A DNA stretch of 60,287 nucleotides. Source: Candidatus Kapaibacterium sp. (GTDB lineage Bacteria; Bacteroidota; Ignavibacteria; Kapaibacteriales; UBA2268). Every line of letters begins with the position of its first letter. The first letter of the stretch is position 1. Location of the stretch: the NCBI GenBank assembly GCA_032027125.1, contig JAVSMQ010000001.1:1234242-1294528 (forward strand). Direction: 5' to 3'. The position numbers were made by a program, and so were the translations under genes. This document shows positions 58,535-60,287 of the stretch, piece by piece. The notes below the pieces were generated by a model. That model was not told where the DNA came from. It ran no database searches and worked only from the letters and a program-made list of their open reading frames with translations.

Positions 58535-60287
58535 TTGAGTATTATGAATTTATTTGTGTTGTTATAATTACCGCTCGAAACCTTGTAGAAATATGACCCT
58601 TTTGTATAATCAGAGACATCTACAGAAAGCTGGTTCTGCGGCTGACCTACAACATTATTTTCATAAAGCCTTTTGCCGCTCATGTCAAAGACTTCAACCT
58701 TGATATCTTTATCATGAAGAAACTCCGGCAAATCGAAATTAATATTTTGTAAATCCCCGATAACCGGATTAGGATATACACCCTTCAGGTCTATTGGATT
58801 AATATCATCAACCGATGAATTCTTTGGTTGGATTTCTACAACCTGCATCATTCCCAAATCTTCGTGAACGATATTATGGCAGTGAAGAACAGTCTTTCCG
58901 TCAAATCTTTCGAATCTTGTTCTGAATTTAAAATTTCCTTTTGGCGGAATATTGAATACGTCCCACCAAACCGGAGGGTCTTGCTTTTCGCCATTAATTT
59001 CGGTAATCATAAAATCGTTAATATGTATATGGAATGGATGAACCTCGGAGCTTGTATTTACCATAGTCCATTCTTCTACATCACCGACTTTGACAACAAC
59101 ATCTGAATGTGTGGCATCAAAAAGTTTATCGTCAATGAAAAATATATTGAACGGACTTTCCTTTTCCTGAACTGAGAAGGTCATAGTACGGGTATTGGTA
59201 ATTTCACTATCTTTAATAATTTCCAATCTGTCCGGAGCCGGAATTGATGATGGCATAGACATATCATTTAACTGGCCTTTTACATCAATTGAAATGATGT
59301 AGTGATAAGTTATTTCTCCTGAAAATGGCTCTACCTCTGCAATTCTCAATGTGCATAGCCCTTCTGTAACAGGAGCTTTGAATAGCATATCTGCACGATT
59401 TCCAACTGCAAGTTCTATAGAATCAAGATATCCCGGCTCGAATAGATTTACACCGTCAACAGCATATCTGTAAAGCGGAATAAAATTATCACCCTCCATA
59501 GCTGAAATAAACACGTAATTACTTAAATGAGCATTGACAAATCTCCAACGCTGAATTTCTCCTGGTCGCATAGTAATTGTACCGGAGGTTTTTCCGTTCA
59601 ATGTGAAAATTGTTGAATCGGTTCCGGGGAAGATTCCTCCAATATTAGTGGCTTCTTTATTTGGATAAGGAAATTCATAGTTCTGGTCATACGTAAAAGA
59701 CTGGATGACCATCACATGCTCCTCAGCAGCTTTGATTTCAGGAACTTCATCTGTCAGACCTTCTATAACAATTGCACCGGCTAAACCGCCTGACATTTGT
59801 GCCCAGATACTTCCGTGACGGTGAGGGTGAAACCAGTTTGTGCCTTCCTGATGGTCACTTGGAATTGCAATATGATATTGGAATGTTTCGCCGGGCATAA
59901 CCTGAATAAACGGGTTATCAGCACTATCTTTAGAAGATACAAACAATCCATGAGTATGCAGATTTGTTGTGTTAATCTTGTTCGGGATATTATGATTTGG
60001 CGACATGTCATTTTCGTCAGGATTTGGAGGCATGTCATTAAATAATTTAACTCTCATCACATCTCCTGCTTTGACTCTGAATGTCGGTCCCGTTGATAAG
60101 CCGTTATACAATCTTGTGTAAATCTTTCTGCCGTCAATCTCTACTGTATCAAGCGATACATGCAAATCAAGATTCAGAACACCGTTAACTGAACGGGCAT
60201 CAGGCGGAGACGGGAAATTTTCCTGAGCTGTAAGATTAACTGCCATAATAAAAATAGCAGCGGCGATGTAAAGTAGTAATGAATTCT
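58531..60287 (-). CDS. Multicopper oxidase with T9SS sorting domain; 5' end beyond the window
   Basis: TNLHTHG, WFHPHRH, HPFHIH, HCHNIVHEDLGMM, then YPNP CTD; frame continues to the window end through a signal-like hydrophobic stretch. Confidence 0.92.
   Translation of the reverse strand, partial: NSLLLYIAAAIFIMAVNLTAQENFPSPPDARSVNGVLNLDLHVSLDTVEIDGRKIYTRLYNGLSTGPTFRVKAGDVMRVKLFNDMPPNPDENDMSPNHNIPNKINTTNLHTHGLFVSSKDSADNPFIQVMPGETFQYHIAIPSDHQEGTNWFHPHRHGSIWAQMSGGLAGAIVIEGLTDEVPEIKAAEEHVMVIQSFTYDQNYEFPYPNKEATNIGGIFPGTDSTIFTLNGKTSGTITMRPGEIQRWRFVNAHLSNYVFISAMEGDNFIPLYRYAVDGVNLFEPGYLDSIELAVGNRADMLFKAPVTEGLCTLRIAEVEPFSGEITYHYIISIDVKGQLNDMSMPSSIPAPDRLEIIKDSEITNTRTMTFSVQEKESPFNIFFIDDKLFDATHSDVVVKVGDVEEWTMVNTSSEVHPFHIHINDFMITEINGEKQDPPVWWDVFNIPPKGNFKFRTRFERFDGKTVLHCHNIVHEDLGMMQVVEIQPKNSSVDDINPIDLKGVYPNPVIGDLQNINFDLPEFLHDKDIKVEVFDMSGKRLYENNVVGQPQNQLSVDVSDYTKGSYFYKVSSGNYNNTNKFIILK

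Overview
AT-rich bacterial chromosomal segment. Several T9SS C-terminal sorting domains and TTTG/TAnnTTTG-type promoters point to the Bacteroidota-Chlorobiota-Ignavibacteriota/Kapabacteria group (inference). Housekeeping genes include hom, a metB-like gene under a SAM-I riboswitch, hrcA, ybeY, tRNA-Arg(CCT), pgi, uvrC, serC, accC plus a biotin carrier, a class II photolyase and a TPP-riboswitch TonB receptor. Interleaved accessory DNA includes a T9SS protein paired with a 1487-aa fibre-like repeat protein, two back-to-back 21-bp tandem arrays, five or six toxin-antitoxin modules plus orphan partner genes, two copies of a ~128-bp MITE, REP-like palindrome clusters and a DUF262 gene split by one TAG. 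The most unusual structure is a co-oriented minus-strand array of unrelated small genes at about 7-18 kb. Its modules are headed by copies of a shared 40-110 bp promoter/leader repeat and carry integron attC-like remnants, but no integrase lies in the window. All family assignments come from motif recognition by eye, not from database searches.
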